Shown: piece after piece, positions 13,972 to 28,600 of the stretch
Layout of the letters: the number at the start of each line of letters is the position of its first letter
Position numbering within the stretch: the stretch's first letter is position 1
From: Lingula anatina
Lineage: Eukaryota; Animalia; Brachiopoda
Direction: 5' to 3'
Length of the DNA: 64,000 nucleotides
Assembly: GCA_051362555.1 (NCBI GenBank)
Contig: CM120643.1
Location: forward strand, 22,882,848 to 22,946,847
Position numbers and translations under genes: made by a program
Notes under the pieces: model-generated
What the model was told of the DNA's origin: nothing
The model's input: only the letters and a program-made list of their open reading frames with translations
Database searches by the model: none

Positions 13972-13982
13972 GGGGGGGGGGG
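13936..13982. repeat. (TG)n microsatellite plus poly-G
   Basis: Read directly from the sequence. Confidence 0.9.
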
Positions 13983-15634
13983 TTATTTCAATTGTTCTGA
14001 ATTCCTTTTCTAAACTCTGTTGATTTTTATTCAGGATTCGGACCCGTTAATTGCACTAGCAATTTTCTTTCAATTGTAACTTGAACCAACCGTATAAGTA
14101 TTGCATAAGTATTGTAGTAAATTCAGAGGAGTTTCTTTGGATGGGGAGATACAGACAGTGAACAGACTGTATCTTTGGCCCTTTCCCCCATCTTTGCTGA
14201 AACTTAAAAGTATATCTTAAACTTATAAAAGATTAACCATACATGGGTATCATTCATATGATAATATTTAACTATATGTGTTTTGAATTCGCACTTTGTA
14301 ATATTCAAAGTGCAAATGTCAATAAAATGACATTTTCAACTAACAAATATTTCTGTTGTAAATTAAGAAATCACGAAATTGCTGACAGCAAATTATAGCC
14401 TCAGAGACTCCTCTCAGTTTATGCACACATAAAAGGAATTTAAGATTACACCAAAGCGCTGCAAATTTATCTTGCGTGAGTGTCACTGGATATAAATGCA
14501 TGTATATATTACATGAATCAAAATCAAGAACTGAAGAATCACTCACTGAATATCATAACACAACCTTCGGTATCTCAAACATGCTTACAATTGTAATATT
14601 CGTGATGTGAATCACCTCTTGTTTCTTGATTCAAGTTTAATAGTTTTGCCTAAAGTTTAGATTCTTGTAGACCATCTGATAAAAATGCCCAGTCAATTTT
14701 GTTAATATCAATAAGTGTTAGGTGTCAATCGATAGACACAATGTATGTTGATTTAAACTCTGTTGATTTTTACAAGAACTTATCAAAATAATTTAAATGC
14801 ACGCCATTTGCTTTGCAGTGTTATCTTTCATGAGGGCACTGTGCATTATATTTAAACTGAAATCAAGTCCATTTATATTCTGTTAATCAAAACCAATACC
14901 TCAAGAATCACCATTTAAATGTCAGAGCACTACCTTATCTATTTCACAGAAGCCTACGAACGCGAATAAGTTAATTTTCGTCATGAGAATCATCTATTGT
15001 TCCTGGCACTTGTTAGTTTAATTGTCTAAAATTCTGTTCTGTTTAGTGAATAAGACTCATATGCACCCAGTAATATAACTAAATAGGGTGCTTTCAATAA
15101 AACACGTGGGAAAGCTTTTCCGAATATTTTCACTTTTTAAAAAATTTAATGATTAACAAAAGGACTGTAAAACACATTTAAAAACACTAAAGTTTTGTGA
15201 TTTTATACTGCATGTAGGTCACTGTTTCAAGTGCATTTCGAAACTGTGAATTATTGAATATCATAGCACAACCTTGGATATGTCACGCAAGCTTACAATC
15301 GTAAATATTTCTATATTCGTGGTGTGAAAAGCCTCTTTTTCGTTACACTTGTTTAATAGTTTTGTATGTAAAGTTTAATTGTTTGTAGATAATCTGGCAA
15401 AGATACGCCCGATCAATTTTGTTAATATTCAATAGGCGTTGGGTGTCATTTAATAGATACAATGTATGTCGCTGAAACTTTAAAGCAAATCTTTCTTGTT
15501 GTGCTTCAAAAATTTCAAAGAGCACACAAAGCAGTCTTCATTAATTATTAAACAAATGAGTCAGCTATATGGATACATCTGAAGATCTATTTGACATTGA
15601 GCATTTGTCACAAGGTGATATAACATTGTTTGTC

Positions 15635-16086
15635 TCTATGATAAAGAGGTACACCGGTATCAGCTGAGCAAGGTTTACTTATTTTAAAACAAAAATAAAC
15701 ACATCGATTCCTGTCCAATACCTTATTCTATTACCAATAGTGAGGACCATTGACCCTTGGAACCTATTGTTCAGCCACATCCCACGTGTGCCTGCTATCT
15801 GACGTGGACAACGCCTACTTCTGATAACATTGTTTGTTTGTGTTAACAAATAAATCGCTATCTCTATGATAAGGGGGTACACCGGTATCAGCTGAGCAAG
15901 GTTTAATTATTTTAAGTAAATAAAACACAGGGATACCTGTCCAATACCTTATTCTATTACCAATAGTGAGGACCATTGACCCTTGGAACCTATTGTTCAG
16001 CCACATCCCACGTGTGCCTGCTATCTGACGTGGACAACGCTTACTTCTGATAACATTGCTCGTTTGTGTTAACAAATAAATCGCCA
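15635..16086. repeat. Local tandem duplication, 226-bp period, 2 copies
   Basis: cctgtccaataccttattctattacc starts at 15710 and again at 15936; the two copies are near-identical. Confidence 0.9.
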
Positions 16087-17995
16087 TCTGAAGAAGAACG
16101 TTATATCAATACATTACATATTATGTTTACAGTATGACGTATATTTTCCAATATGAACTTTTATAGAAATCCTCTTATTTGTTCTTGAAAGTTGAAAAAT
16201 ATTTTTAAAAAACGCACATTTTAGTGACTATTGCAATATTCCATGTACATTCACCTACATTTACTTGCTGCTGCCTATTTGTTCACCATCGAAACACAGT
16301 TTCTAGTATGTCTATTTGTAACTAAAAGTCTTCAGCATCAATGTACATAACTTAGAAATTCAGGATGACTACGTGCTTGAGGAAAAAACTCGAACAGTAT
16401 TAGTTTTTTTTAACTGTTCACCTGTTTACATTTGAACTGATATACGTCTGTCACTATAGTTTAGTATTTTAATTTATTCAAATGAATGTTCAAACACACT
16501 TTCTTTATTTATGTTGTCTGACAGAACTCTTTTTCTAGGTCTAGGGATGCAAAAGTACAGTAGATAAGTACATGGAACAAAAAAACCTTCCTGTGAATAT
16601 TGACACTTGTCTGTTATTGTTACGAATAGGTTGCGGTAAATAATTTTTTTTGAAAACTGTAGAGGAACAAGTAATTCTAAAGGCAAAATGGATCATAAAA
16701 ACCATTTCTAATGAGAAAATTCAGCTATGAACAGCATTTAGATCGTGATTCCGTCATTCTTGGATTGCATACAAAGCGCGTGTACTAAATGTAGAAATTA
16801 TTTGCATGTATATACCTGTGTTGAATTTGGTTGGGAAAATATTGTAATGTTCGATTGATTGTTGTCTATGGAACCAATGAATGTTTCACATGCGACAGCG
16901 ATTGCTTTTCACAACAACCATCTAGGTTGGTAAAATGACGATTTTCAAAATGGCGGACACTGGGCCCTAACAAGTTCCATTATCAGCAATTAAAAGACCC
17001 ATAGTCGTAATATACATTCCTTTTCATAGGTTCTTAGGGTTGTAAAAGATTTTCTTATATTAGCACTGCCATCGATACATTTTAAATGTAGTTTGGTGTT
17101 TATGTACCTTGTCTGCGAATAGTTGACTGCCAAGCTAGATGAAAGAGCCAGAATCTCAGTCAGTCAAAACAATGAGTAATACAGGGTAAGATCTTTCAAG
17201 TTCTGTTGGATGTGAATTATAAGGAAGAATAAGAATTATCCTCACCCCAACCAACCAAAGGGTTAATATATTAAAATTATCAAAAAGGGATAGATGTTAT
17301 TTCTTTATGTGTGAAGCTGGGAAGCAATCACAATAATAAACCGAGACCAGTAAAGAATTTGCCATTGACTTATATAATGTCTTCATCTCCAAGAATATCT
17401 CCCCTATAAATCGTAATTACAGGGGTATGGGTAAATTTTGAAGTGTAGGTGACCAGCCGGTAGCCCAGGTGCTTATTGCTCTATAACAAAAGAAAGACCA
17501 GTAATCAAGTTTCTTTTTATGTATGAAACATACCATTCAGATATTAAGCATATTCCGTGTGTGACACAAATATATGGGTCTGCCCTTAACAATTTCGAGC
17601 AAAATATGCCTATTTTTAATGATTAGAAGCTATGATAGTGAAACATGCAGGAGGTCAGTGAGAGCTGGGGTTCGCGTCGATGTGATTGCCGCTTGTTACG
17701 CAACCTGCCTTAATTAAGCTTGTGTTGTCTGTTTGCTGAGGGGCTGTTTTTATTGTCTCAAATGAGCAATTAACTGTTTTGATTACTGACGAGGGGACTT
17801 GGCAGGAACTTGCTAAGTGACAGTGCCTGAGTATTTATGCAAAAAATTACCAGCCATGTCATCATCCTTGAGATTTCAGCACAGGGTGACAGTACGGGGA
17901 TTGATTAGCCATCTAGTATTATCAATCTATGGCCCTGGAAGAGGGTAAGTATAGTGTGGCGTTGAAGATTTTCCCTACTGTTCCCTTTATAGGTT

Positions 17996-18270
17996 CGAAA
18001 TTGAAACAATTAAACATCTAAGTGTAGACTGTCCAGTAATTAAAGATCTTTGGAAAGAAATAGAAAAATGATTAAGACAGGAATTAGATCTCGGTCTCTG
18101 TATGACTGCAGCTGATATAATTTTGGAGAGTGCAGGTAATGTATGACATAATGTTATACCCCAAGCAAAACTGTGTATTTATCATAAATCCTGGGGAAGA
18201 TTAACTCTTTTGTTTTCTGAATTCGAAACATTTTACATTATATTTTATATTATAGGGATAATTAGAAAAG
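17996..18270 (+). mobile_element. L1/Tx1 LINE ORF2 C-terminal fragment, copy B
   Basis: Translates to EIETIKHLSVDCPVIKDLWKEIEK*LRQELDLG...IILES...QAKLCIYHK; paralogous to 13428-13700. Confidence 0.65.
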
Positions 18271-21200
18271 AATTTATGTAGCCAAATGTTGACAAGCACA
18301 ACGAGGCTCTGTTTTTGCCCAAAAAAGTAAATAATATAAAGTCCATATGACTGAAAATTGTCATTTATTAATGACAAAAAATAATAATATATAAAGTTAC
18401 AAAATTGGGGGGAGGGGGGGGGTAATCATACTCCCCCCATACTATATGACTGCCAGAATATAAAAATAATAAAGTATAGGTTAATGAGTGCAACCAAGAT
18501 TGATTAAGAAACATATGAGAAACCATACCAGCTATTGGAGCAAAAAATTGGCACAAATGAAAAATAAAGGCTGTCATAGTTACATAATTTGGGGAATACC
18601 ATAGATCCCCATACTAAAAAACTTCCATAATATATAATTACTTAAGTTCCGGTTAGTGAGTCCAACAATCGTTAAGAAAAATAACATTTTGAAAAATAAT
18701 GTGAAACAACAAAAGCTATTGGAGCAAAAACTGGACACAAATGTAAAATTAAGGCTAAGAATAGTGCAAAAGGGAATACTAGAGAAAAAAACAAGGACGA
18801 AGGCAGGTGATAGGGGGTGGTGGAGGGTGTCCAAATAAAAATAAAAAACGCAAGTAATATTCCAGTGTAGCTGCTAAAAAAGCACTAGGGAACAATACGG
18901 ATAAATATCACCGCAGCTAAAAGGCTGAATGACTTCTCACTTATGTAGCTCGATAGAGATATTAGCCAAAAAACATTGATCATAACAAATAAATGTGTGT
19001 GCCTAGATACACAGCGGCTGAGACATTTCAGTGCCCCGGCCATCTGTTATCACCTTCCTTGGTCAACTACTTAAAGGTAAAAATGTGCATGCAGACACAA
19101 GCCCCAAACTAAGACTATAGTATAATAATATATTTCCTATAAATATAACGTTGATGAATTATAAACTAAATTATAACCACCACTAGAAACAAACTATTTC
19201 CTAATAAATTGTCTTTATTGTTGTTTTATGTAGCCAAATGTTCACAAGCACAACGAAGCGCTGTTTTTGCTGAAAAGCACAAATGAAAAATAAAGGCTAT
19301 TAGATGTGAGAGAAGCCGGTAATTAAATAAGGCTTTAACCGGACAAAGTACAGGGTGAGATGTATGATGGTTAAGGGTTCATTGTTCGAGTGAGAGAGAG
19401 AGAGTGAAAGAAAGCAATATTATATTTTGTATTGTGTATGTATTGTGCTACTTTTCTTGATTAAAGTGCACAGACCCGTATAAAGAATTTAATATCGCAC
19501 CATAGCCCTGCACATTTATTCGTGAGTGTCACTGGATTGAAATGCATGTATATTCTATGAATCAAAATCTATAACTGGCGACTCACTCACTGAATATCAG
19601 AACACAACCTTGTGTATTCCAAACAATTAGCTTAAAATCGTACATATTGTAATATGTGAATCACCTCTTGTTTCTTGACTCAAGTATAATAGTTTAGTCT
19701 ATTGTTTATAGACAATCTGGTAAAGATGCACCTAATCAATTCTGTTAATATTCAATGAGTGTTGGGTGTCATTCTATAGATACAATGTAAGTTGATTTAA
19801 ACTCTGTTGGTTTTGATACGAACTTGTGAAAATAATTTAAATGCACACCATTTGCTTTGCAATGTTATCTTTCTTGAGGGTCACTGTGCTTTATATTTAA
19901 ACAGGGTTCTAGTCCATTTATATTCTGTGAATCAAAACCAATACCTCAAAAATCACCATTTAAATATCATAGCACTACCTTATCTATTTTACACAAGCCT
20001 TAGATCGTGAATATGTTAATTTTCGTCATGTGAATCATCTATTGCTTCTTGACACTTGTCAGTTTGTCTTCTTTAAAAAATTAAATTGTTTTAAATGAGT
20101 GAGGTTCGCTTGCACCCAGTCATATAACTTATTTAAAACATGTGGGAAAGCTTTTTTGATTATTTGTACTTTTTTCTAAATCTGATAATTAATATAAGGA
20201 CCGTAAAAAACATTTACAATAGCACTAAAACTTTGTGATTCTATACTGCATGTAGATCACTGATGCAAGTACATTTCCATTCTGTGAATTATTGAATATC
20301 ATAACACAAAGTTCAATTGTTTGTAGATAACTGGCAAAGATACGCCCTATCACATTTAATAGATACAATGAATGTTGCTATAATTTTAAGGAAAATCTTT
20401 CTTGTAATTCTTCAGAGATTTCAAATGGTACACAGAGCAGTTTACATTAATTATTAAACAAATGAATCAGCTATATGGATACATCTAAAGACGGTAAGAT
20501 CAATTTGACATTGAGCACTTAATTGTCACAAGGTGCGATAACGTTGTTTGTCTCTGTGATAAGGAGGTACACCGGTATCAGCTGAGCAAGATTTAATTAT
20601 TATTAGTAAATAAATCACACAGGAATACCTGTTTAATGACTCATTTTAGCACTGATGGTGAGTGACTTTGTTTTTTTTTAACCTATTGTTCAGCCACATC
20701 CCACGTGTGCCTGCTATCTGACGTGGACAACGCCTACTACTGATAACATTGTTCGTTTGTGTAAATAAATCGCCACCTGCAGAAACCCCTGGTAACAGTA
20801 GAGCAAAGTTAAATTCAACAAAACACAGAGACGAACGAGACAAACTATTCAAATAGATATGACAATAAAATGCCGTTCACGTACGCCTTCTTTAAAACCT
20901 ATTATTATTCATTTAACAAAAAAGTGCAATTTGTATGAAGTTGTTAATGAAATGAAACTATCAAGTACGTGAATTTCTGGGAGACTTTCATTTATTCTGA
21001 TCTAATTGTAAATTTTCAGCATTGTAAGTCATATATTTTACTAAACTGGGTCGTGCATATTTACATAAGCATAAGTTATCCTAAGTGTAGAGATGGCACA
21101 TGGTCGGATATCAAAAATTGTCAGTGTCCAAACTAAAATACATGTACATTCAATGTTTAAACATTATCAATGAACCTTTGACTAGAAGACTACATGTATG

Positions 21201-22665
21201 TTGTTAAATCTCTATTTCTTTATTTATGCGCTTCAGACATCACTAAATGAAGGCAGCAATGGTGCTCTGGCATTTGGAAAGAAATATTCTATTCTGTTCT
21301 AAATGTGTTTGACTAAACGATACATAGTGTACAACAAATATTAATAGTTTATATCCAAATGCGTGAAACATATGGAAGAAGCTAACTTAATCACGTGATT
21401 ATTTATTTATTTATCAACCACGTCATCACAAATCAAGCAGCGCCATTATAAAAACGTTATTTAGCTGAGATAAAATTTAAGTTCCGTTCAGACGATATTG
21501 AAGGTAAATGCACTGCGTAGATTATTGTACTAATAGTATGTTTAACAGGTGTTTACGTTATTTTTCTCGATGTTTTAAAGTGCTATGTACTCTGTTAGTA
21601 CACGCAATATTATATGCGTATGCGCTTTATTTTAAGTATTCCTTATATTCTAGAATTTTTTATATCATAAAAACAATCAGACACTACCCTTGTTATTTCA
21701 GATTTGCAGATGTGATACCAGTACAGAATTTAGCATTAGTGTACCTGTAAAACCTCATGCTATCCTTCTTAAGGCGACATATGTATGTATATGAAATGGT
21801 TTTACTTTCTAATTTTTTTTATAAATGAGCAACCAACGTTTCATGGCCTTATGGGATTTCACTCGACCAACGTGGTTGGTGGGATGTGTGCTAATTTTAT
21901 CAACAATTCCTTCGTTTAATGATCAACCATATTTTGTAACGAATATAATGACAATTTTTGTATTTATTCTATACAATTTTGGTAGTAATCAAACAATCCT
22001 TGATAAATTGAAATTGATTAATTAATTGTATTATTGTCTTTGATGAAACTGTAAAAATTGCCTCCGCCAAGGATATGTTTTTTGGTACCGTTGTCTGCCT
22101 TTTTGTTTGATTATTTGTATATCTGCTATCATGGGAGAAAAGTTTTGAGTAGGTTATGAAGTATCAGAAATTATCGGGAGGGGAATTACGTAACAATACA
22201 AAATATACAGAAGGTTGTTGTTTATTATTATTATTATCGTTATATTGAAAGCTCAATTTAATAAAGAGTGCCTCTATGCTAGCAAAAAGTTGTAGAATAG
22301 TTTTGATGAAATTTCAGAATCTGTCGGGAAAAGATAAAGCGACTAACGTTTGTTTTGCTTGTGCTTCATTAATAAGTTAATTGGTACATCAATTAAGATT
22401 GTTTGTCTGTTTGCAACATAATGCAAAACAACTATGACAGGATTTTGATTAATGGAAATTAATTAATGAGAAATGGGCAAGAATATGGTGACTGATTGAT
22501 AAATTGATTGATAATAATGAGAATTGAAGTTGAGAATTAATGTATGTATTATTAATTCATAACGCTTTCTGAGTGTTTCTCTAGCTTATTATTGAACCAC
22601 AAACTTATCTGTCGAATGTTAGCTGTGTTACACAAATACATTGTTTTCGATTTTCGCAAAGCAGC

Positions 22666-25600
22666 ATGGGCAAGAACGGTAAAGAGAGACAAAATTCTAC
22701 AAAAAACTCCCAAAATTTTGACAGAAAGCGCGCAAAACAAGGTGACTCATTTGGAGTTACGGATACTAAGCCTACGTCTAATAAAAAGGGGGAAAATACC
22801 AACCCGCCATTCAATAAACCCGAGTTAGCTGCGAGTGGCACAGATAGACCAAGTTCCTCTTTATTGGGGCCAAGTGTGGGAAATAGAAAAATGGGCAATA
22901 ATGTACCACTGCCTTCATGTAAGTGTTATTTTTCTTTATTCCTTATTGTATTTATGTATATAAGTTCAAATAGCATTATATGCTGTGCTATCATTAACGT
23001 AACGTCATTTGTTAAACAGTTACATATTGCAGATGCTGCATATGGAAAAGTATGAATAGAAAAGCATTTTATAAGCAAGCAATTGTTATTTTAGTTTGGA
23101 GGACAGAGCCTGGGCTATGTAACAAAGGGAATACGTGTTTTATGAACTCAGCCATCCAAGCGTTGTTGTGCTGGTAAATGTGAATCTCTTTCTATCTCTG
23201 TTTTCTGTCTTGGCTGCGGCTATAAGTCTTTTTTTCCGTTTTTCGTGTTTTATCACAGACCTAGTCATGATTTGTTAACGAATCCTATATATGCAATATA
23301 GTTTCAATATACACTTTAATGTATATCGGATTAGCTAACGAACGGTATTGAAATTTGCGCACTAAGCGTGTTTATTTTGCCCTTAAAATGTACACGTGTT
23401 ACGATAAGTGCAGTAGGCATAAGCCTATTTAAAACAGCGTAAGGTATTCTTATAACGAACGTTTAATTTTCCTGGATATTTCTACACTTTTTCATTTACT
23501 TTACCAAGGTATAGGGCCTATCATTTTTCATTAGATTTTTTTACTATTAAAGCTCGTGCGTTTTGACTTGCTAATGTGGTGCACGCTGTTGGAAATTTTG
23601 TGTCAAAGAACAACTCAGCTATAGGACTTGAATTTCCGATATATAGAGGAAACAACGTGGCCATACAGTTAGAGAGATAGAGAGATAGATAGACAAATGA
23701 TTTATTCCAGTATGAGCAGAGAGTAAAAAAACAATCCCTGACTACACCAAGTATATTTATAATTTCTCTCTGATAAACCGATTACCAGATATGGGCGTGG
23801 GTACGCCTCTCCAAAGATATTCTACCGAACTAATATCTAAAGCAAAATTCTCCTCGTGTATGCAGGTTGCCATAGATATGGCAAGAACAAAAAATGTTCC
23901 GCTGTTTGAAACTCGACACAGATACATGTCCAAACATACAAAGGGATTCGGGATCAGCAGTGCTTCTCTACTGCAAAGCTGTGTGCTGCACACTCTTGAC
24001 TTTTTTGTCAAAGAATAACTTAGCTAGTATATTTTTTATTTCCGATATATATACATGTATATATATATATATATATATGAAATAAAGCGGTCATAATATT
24101 TGGCCTAGACCAAATTAAAATCTGACCAGACAGGATTGAAGTCTCACTAGTTGGGATTGAAAGTTTCAATTAAAATTGTAGAAACATGTAGTGAATATCG
24201 TTGCAAAAATAGTAAAAGTACATAATATGCTGTGGTTTTAACCTTTTGATGACCATTAATTAGCAAAGTGAAGATTATAGGAGGCATGTTATTTAATTCA
24301 TCGTAATCCATGACTGTTTTTGATATATCCTGAAAATTATGTTAATGGTTAGAGGTGGGCATACTAGTATATGATATTGAATTTTAAGCTTAGGTCCCAT
24401 CAGATAAATCTTGTCAGGAAAACTTGAACCATATAAAGAAAGCTGGAATTTATTTTCGTCATCAGAATTAATTGTAGAACAGTAAAATTTGTTCACTATA
24501 GGTACATATCTGGGAAGCATAGTGGCTTGGGTCAAAGTTGTTAAAATGAACGGGCAAATATTTAACCAAATGGGTAGGTACTGGTGGTCAGCCCATATTT
24601 AGATAAAACATACTTTACCAAAATAACACGATTAAGACCTGGGTTTTTGTGTACGTGTGTTTTAACCACGCCCCTTGCAGAGTAAGGACGAGTTGAAGAT
24701 AGCTTCGTGATTATCTAAGGCTGTCGCCTAAAAAAATAGTTGCCTTTAATATGAAAAGGCTAATAGTTAGAAATGTAGGTATCTCGCCAACGTTCTATAA
24801 GTTCTATAAGTATCTGTGTAATGAGGACATCATAAGGTGCCCGGAAACGACATTCAGTGATAAATGCGATCGAGGTGTGTCGCCTCTACTCGTAGACCGA
24901 AGTAGTCACGGCAGTGCAGTACCCCTGCCTGTTAAGGGGATGGGGGAAGAGGAAAGTTGGAATGTTTGTAGAGCACTTTTCACCCAACAAATGGCTTTCA
25001 TCGGCTGCAAGTCCAGCTAGGGGAGGGAAGAAAAATTTAAAAAGGGAGATGACGCCTTTAGTCGGTAAACAAGGGTATCTCACCTTTGTTTGGTGATTTT
25101 TCAATAGTGTCTCGCCATTGTTAATGATATAAGTCATCTTGGCTTATCAAATTCTTGTCATGCTTAATCACTAGTGTCTTTTAAAACGATACGAGCTAGA
25201 GGGTTAACATTGAGCGTGTAAACGGTTAGGGAGTCAGTGGTCGAAAATGACATGTACCTTAATCAACCATTTAAACTCATTTACTAAATCAAAACTTTTA
25301 CAGTGTCATACCTACCTCTAACAATTAAGATTATTTCCAGGATGTATTAAGAATATTCATGAAATATTGGACTGTTGTGAATTAAACATTATGCTTCCTA
25401 TAATCTGAAATTTGACGGTTAAAGTTCACCAAAAGAAAAATAAAGCACGTAATGTATTTTTACCAATTTTATGATGATGTTTATATTTCTGCTGAAATAT
25501 TTAAATTCCAACATAACTATGTCAAAATTTTATCTTGACCTGTCAGATTGTAATTATATATATATATATATATTGCAGAATTGTGTTAATTATAACGTTC

Positions 25601-28600
25601 AAATTACAGTCCTCCATTTGCTGCATACTTTAAAGAAAACAGTGCAATTGCCCTAGGAAATGGATCGCCTTCGATGTCATGCAGTTTCAAGTTTCTCGTT
25701 GAGCAAATGGTTTTGTCTAGGTATATACAGACTTGACATTTAATATGGAATATTTTTTCCTTTTCATTTTTCTTTTCTTTTATTTTATTTTTGCATTTCC
25801 GATTTATAGATGATTCAGGTTGTGTTGTTTTTTTAGCTTTTAATAACCTATGCAGTGTAAATGTGACGTCCATTCTTCAATTGCATTCACCTTATTTAGC
25901 AAACAAAGTGACTAGGCTGATTCTAAGTCACACAACAACAATTAAATCACCATATTTTCCAAATTACCGTCTGTGAGAGAGTTTAACGCTCCACAAAGGA
26001 CGCTCTTATCAGTGTCTAGTCACAGCAATGATCAGTGATTCGTCCAGCCTCATCTGGCTGACACAAGTGCTCTAAATGACAGGGTTTTCATTCTGACAGG
26101 TTCCTTGGAGTTTGAATAGGCATCGATCGGAGCTTGGCCAATTTGGTTAATATTTGTTGTAAGACCAGTAGGCCGTTGATTCGGCGAGAACTGGCCAAGG
26201 GCAGATCCAGGATTATTTGAAGGGGGGGGGGGGGTATCCGCAGGTGCGAAGCCGAGCCCCCCACCCCCTCCCCGGGTGCCGTGGGGTTTGGGGCCCGCTG
26301 AAGGGCCGCGAAAATTTTGGGTATTTTAGAGGGCGAACGGTGCCATTTGGTAGCCTACGGTTTCGTACTATAAATCAGCTAGTCAAAACTCTAATTCCAA
26401 CAGGGGAATATTAATGTGATATTTTTTTCAGAAACCTGACTACACATTCTTCTATTCACTTTCAATCCGCCACTGCTGGCTACCCATTGTATTACGGCTT
26501 GTCTAAAGGCTTCAGATCTGACGATCTTGGTGGCCGCGCCCTAGGCTCTGCAAGTAATCTGTAAATACAGGTGCTATGCATGGACAGATATTTTTATTTT
26601 ATAAAGTGAAGTTTTTCTGCGGTGCCCTCTAGCAAATGGAAAGTCGTTGTTTTTTCAGAATTTGCCTATATTTGATCTGGTTCAGGTATCTATCGATTAT
26701 ATCCAATAAAGTTTTGGCACCAACGTAATATTCCACCCCAAATACAGATACTCCCCTGCTGCCAGTCGCTCTTGGAGTGACACTGCCTTAGTCATATGCT
26801 TCTTCGGAATGTCTGTGAACTCTAATTTGACCACCTTTGTGATACAGATCAAATCTGACCTTTGAAGTAAAAACCACTTTCCCTGTGATGTGCCCAGAAA
26901 CCTTACTGGTTCCCATCTCACTGCAGAAATAGACGATGATGTTTTGCTGTTCACAGAGGGTTCCTCAGAGGTCGCCTGTTATAGTAACCTGCTTATACCA
27001 GTCTGGCAATTACATTGGGCCTTGAAAAGGCTTTTTGGTGACAATTTTCCCTTCTTTCTGAAGGGAACTCGTTGTCTGTTTATTTGTAGCATGAAAACCA
27101 TAAGAACAATGGACCATGTTTCCCTGTGGTAAGTTCTGGATGCCTTGTGCGTGGCACCAGTCTAGTACTCCAGCCTGGGCCTACCTCTGTAAGACTGCAT
27201 TCCCATCAACCCGTCGTACTAGCTTTATTGATCTTACTTTGCGGGGCTTCTCACGTAACATTCGCTTCTTGCATGCAGAATTTCAAACTCTACTGTGCAG
27301 GCGTTGCAAAAAATGAGACCTTTTTTACTGAACCATACTCCGCCATTGTTACACTTGGACCAGCCCAAGAAATCACCACACATTACGTAATGCAGCAGTG
27401 CTTCAGACAAGGCAGACAGTGATTGTTACTGACACACCTGACTACACATTCTTCTATTCACATATGTCACATGAGATACACTTTTTTGAAATAGATAATA
27501 CATTTTGCCTTGATATACCTCTAGAACTAAAATATTCCATTTAAATGTCATATATGTGATGAAGTAACCAGAACTCAATCCATACTTTCGATCTGACAGA
27601 CAACTTAGATGTTGCAGTTTTGACAGGGAGAGAATCTCTTTCTTGTTTTAACAGTGAGCGACAGATTACATTCTTTCAAATTAAAGTCATTATTGAATTT
27701 TCATTAATGCGTATATGAAACCAAATAACACACTCGTTTAATGCCCGATATGTGAACAAGTCCTGAGGTATACCTAATTCTTTTAAATTTGTAGCCACGC
27801 GGTAGATCCAGGCGACTTTTTCCGTACTCTCTGTCAAATATTCCCTGAATTTCGAAGCAGGCAGCAACAGGTTTGTATAGCCATGAATGTTCATTTCGAA
27901 ACAACGATATTCAATGATCAAAAGACACAACACCCCATTTAAGTTTCCATGCCTATGTTCGTCTCCAACAAATTCGATAAATTAAGATACTTGTGTATTA
28001 AGACCAATGTATTAAAATTTTTGTGTAGCATGTATGATAACAAGCCAGGTCGTTTTTTATGTTGACAGTAACAGTATCAATATCACTGTATATTAATGTT
28101 TTTGGTTTTCTTAACGTGATTGATGCGAAGGCCATCACCATTTTAGGATTCACAAGATTTTACCCGGCTCCTATTGCAGCGACTTGACGAAGAATTACAA
28201 TACCCTTCGTATGGTAACTATCATTTGGTTAAACAAGTAAATCAGTTAATGATATTTTATGCTAGAAACTTAAGTGAATAGATACAAAAAAGAACTTTTT
28301 CCTGCTCCTGTCCACTTGTAATTTAAATATAAAACTAATACCAAAACAATTACCTTTATTCGTTATGACTCTTGTACCTTAATTATCATGAACTTTACAG
28401 CTGATACAATAATACAGTAGGAAACAGAGCGTATATGTTAGAAATGATCTGTTTACGCATTTTATGACCATGGGTTTCAATTCCTCAGATGAATCCAGCC
28501 ACCAGCTTCGTTATAAGAGTATCATTCACGACATTTTTGCTGGGAAGTTACGTAAGACAACTTCTTGTCAATGCCCTATCAATGTACGTAGATTGAAATC

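Larger units (their letters stand above)
12330..20780. repeat. Decayed tandem segmental duplication (two ~4-5 kb units)
   Basis: Collinear pairs: 12330-12640 ~ 16118-16402; 13428-13700 ~ 17996-18270; ~14455-15700 ~ 19505-20640; ~15760-15860 ~ 20680-20780. Confidence 0.85.

Noticed and set aside
17640-17990. GC-richer segment with a faint resemblance to a LINE endonuclease
   Set aside because: Too degenerate to support a call by eye.
23033-23049. 17-nt micro-exon candidate (YAAYGK) in the USP gene
   Set aside because: It would shift the Cys-box exon out of frame and leave a 45-nt intron; direct 22918-to-23095 splicing is in phase.
27279-27410. Plus-strand '[13 protein letters not shown]' looked like a USP zinc-finger exon
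   Set aside because: It lies before the QQD box (wrong order), needs a frameshift, and overlaps the minus-strand Tc1 relic.
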